In this document: one piece after another, positions 63,311-64,000 of the stretch | Numbering within the stretch: the first letter of the stretch is position 1 | How the letters are laid out: each line of letters opens with the position of its first letter | Origin: Mobula hypostoma | Taxonomy: Eukaryota | Length of the DNA: 64,000 nucleotides | NCBI RefSeq assembly: GCF_963921235.1 | Contig: NC_086108.1 | Span: 58,654,001 to 58,718,000 of the forward strand | Direction of reading: 5' to 3' | Made by a program: the position numbers and the translations under genes | Notes under the pieces: model-generated | Told to the model about the DNA's origin: nothing | What the model saw: the letters and a program-made list of their open reading frames with translations, nothing else | Databases searched by the model: none

Positions 63311-64000
63311 TCTATAGATTTGCTAAGTATACCCGCAGAAAAGGAATCTCAGGGTTGTATGTAGTGACATGTATGTACATAAATTGTACTTTGAGTTTTG
63401 ACATTTTAGATGGAGTACAGTACACTGATGCTACAGTACAGCACATTGAGCCATTGCAGCGAAGGCGTAGGAAGGCTGCAGCCGCAAAGGGTCCCCAGTT
63501 GTCTTGCACTCTATGCTGTTGGAGCCTGACTCCGATATGTGTAGGACCACGTGGTGGCTCCCCACAGTGAACAAAGCCACACACCAGTGTTCTCCATTAA
63601 GGGAATCCACCCTGACATCCAAATCATGTGGGCGCCAGACTGGCTTATACAGCCACCTGAGGACCCCCCAATAGACAACCCCTTTGGAGAACATCACGCT
63701 CGACTAGAGTGATCACCCGACATTGTGAGCTACTGATCAGAGGAGAGTTTCTGGTATATGTTCATACCACCGGCATAAAACTGAATAACATCAGTATTTT
63801 CCCTATGCAAATTTTTAAGTGTGCCAATGCTCAGTTGGTGTCATGAGAAAGTACTTTAAAAGGATTCAGACTCTTTGATTATATCTGATAAACTCAGTTA
63901 GTACAGGAATTGAATTAATTGAAAGCAGCTGTGTTTATTTATGTAAAAATACTTTCACAAGGTCTTTGAAGGTGTGCCAATATCATTGAAGTTTTGGACA

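Overview
Eukaryotic, vertebrate-type genomic DNA. It is most likely from a cartilaginous fish (inferred from the HE1/V-SINE-like SINE, the CR1 families and the Penelope-derived repeats). Most of the window is a nested graveyard of transposable elements: many CR1 LINEs of several ages (including near-identical young copies), Rex1/Babar LINE fragments, four Ty3/Gypsy-type LTR insertions whose ends can be traced by TSDs (a solo LTR, a deleted chromovirus, an element with a PNMA-like gag, and a near full-length CsRn1-like element), a piggyBac MITE, pogo/Tigger-like and Tc1 remnants, SINEs, and Penelope-like (PLE) remnants carrying degenerate hammerhead-ribozyme motifs. No host protein-coding gene could be recognised; only two weak exon candidates were seen. 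No CRISPR, rRNA or true tRNA was found. The most interesting signal is the CR1 ORF1/ORF2 junction. A canonical -1 frameshift heptamer (U UUA AAC) sits in the correct phase directly before the ORF1 stop and is followed by a G-rich tract. ORF2 lacks a usable AUG, and the motif recurs in a divergent CR1 subfamily in the same window. All family assignments come from motif recognition by eye, not database searches, and boundaries of decayed elements are approximate.
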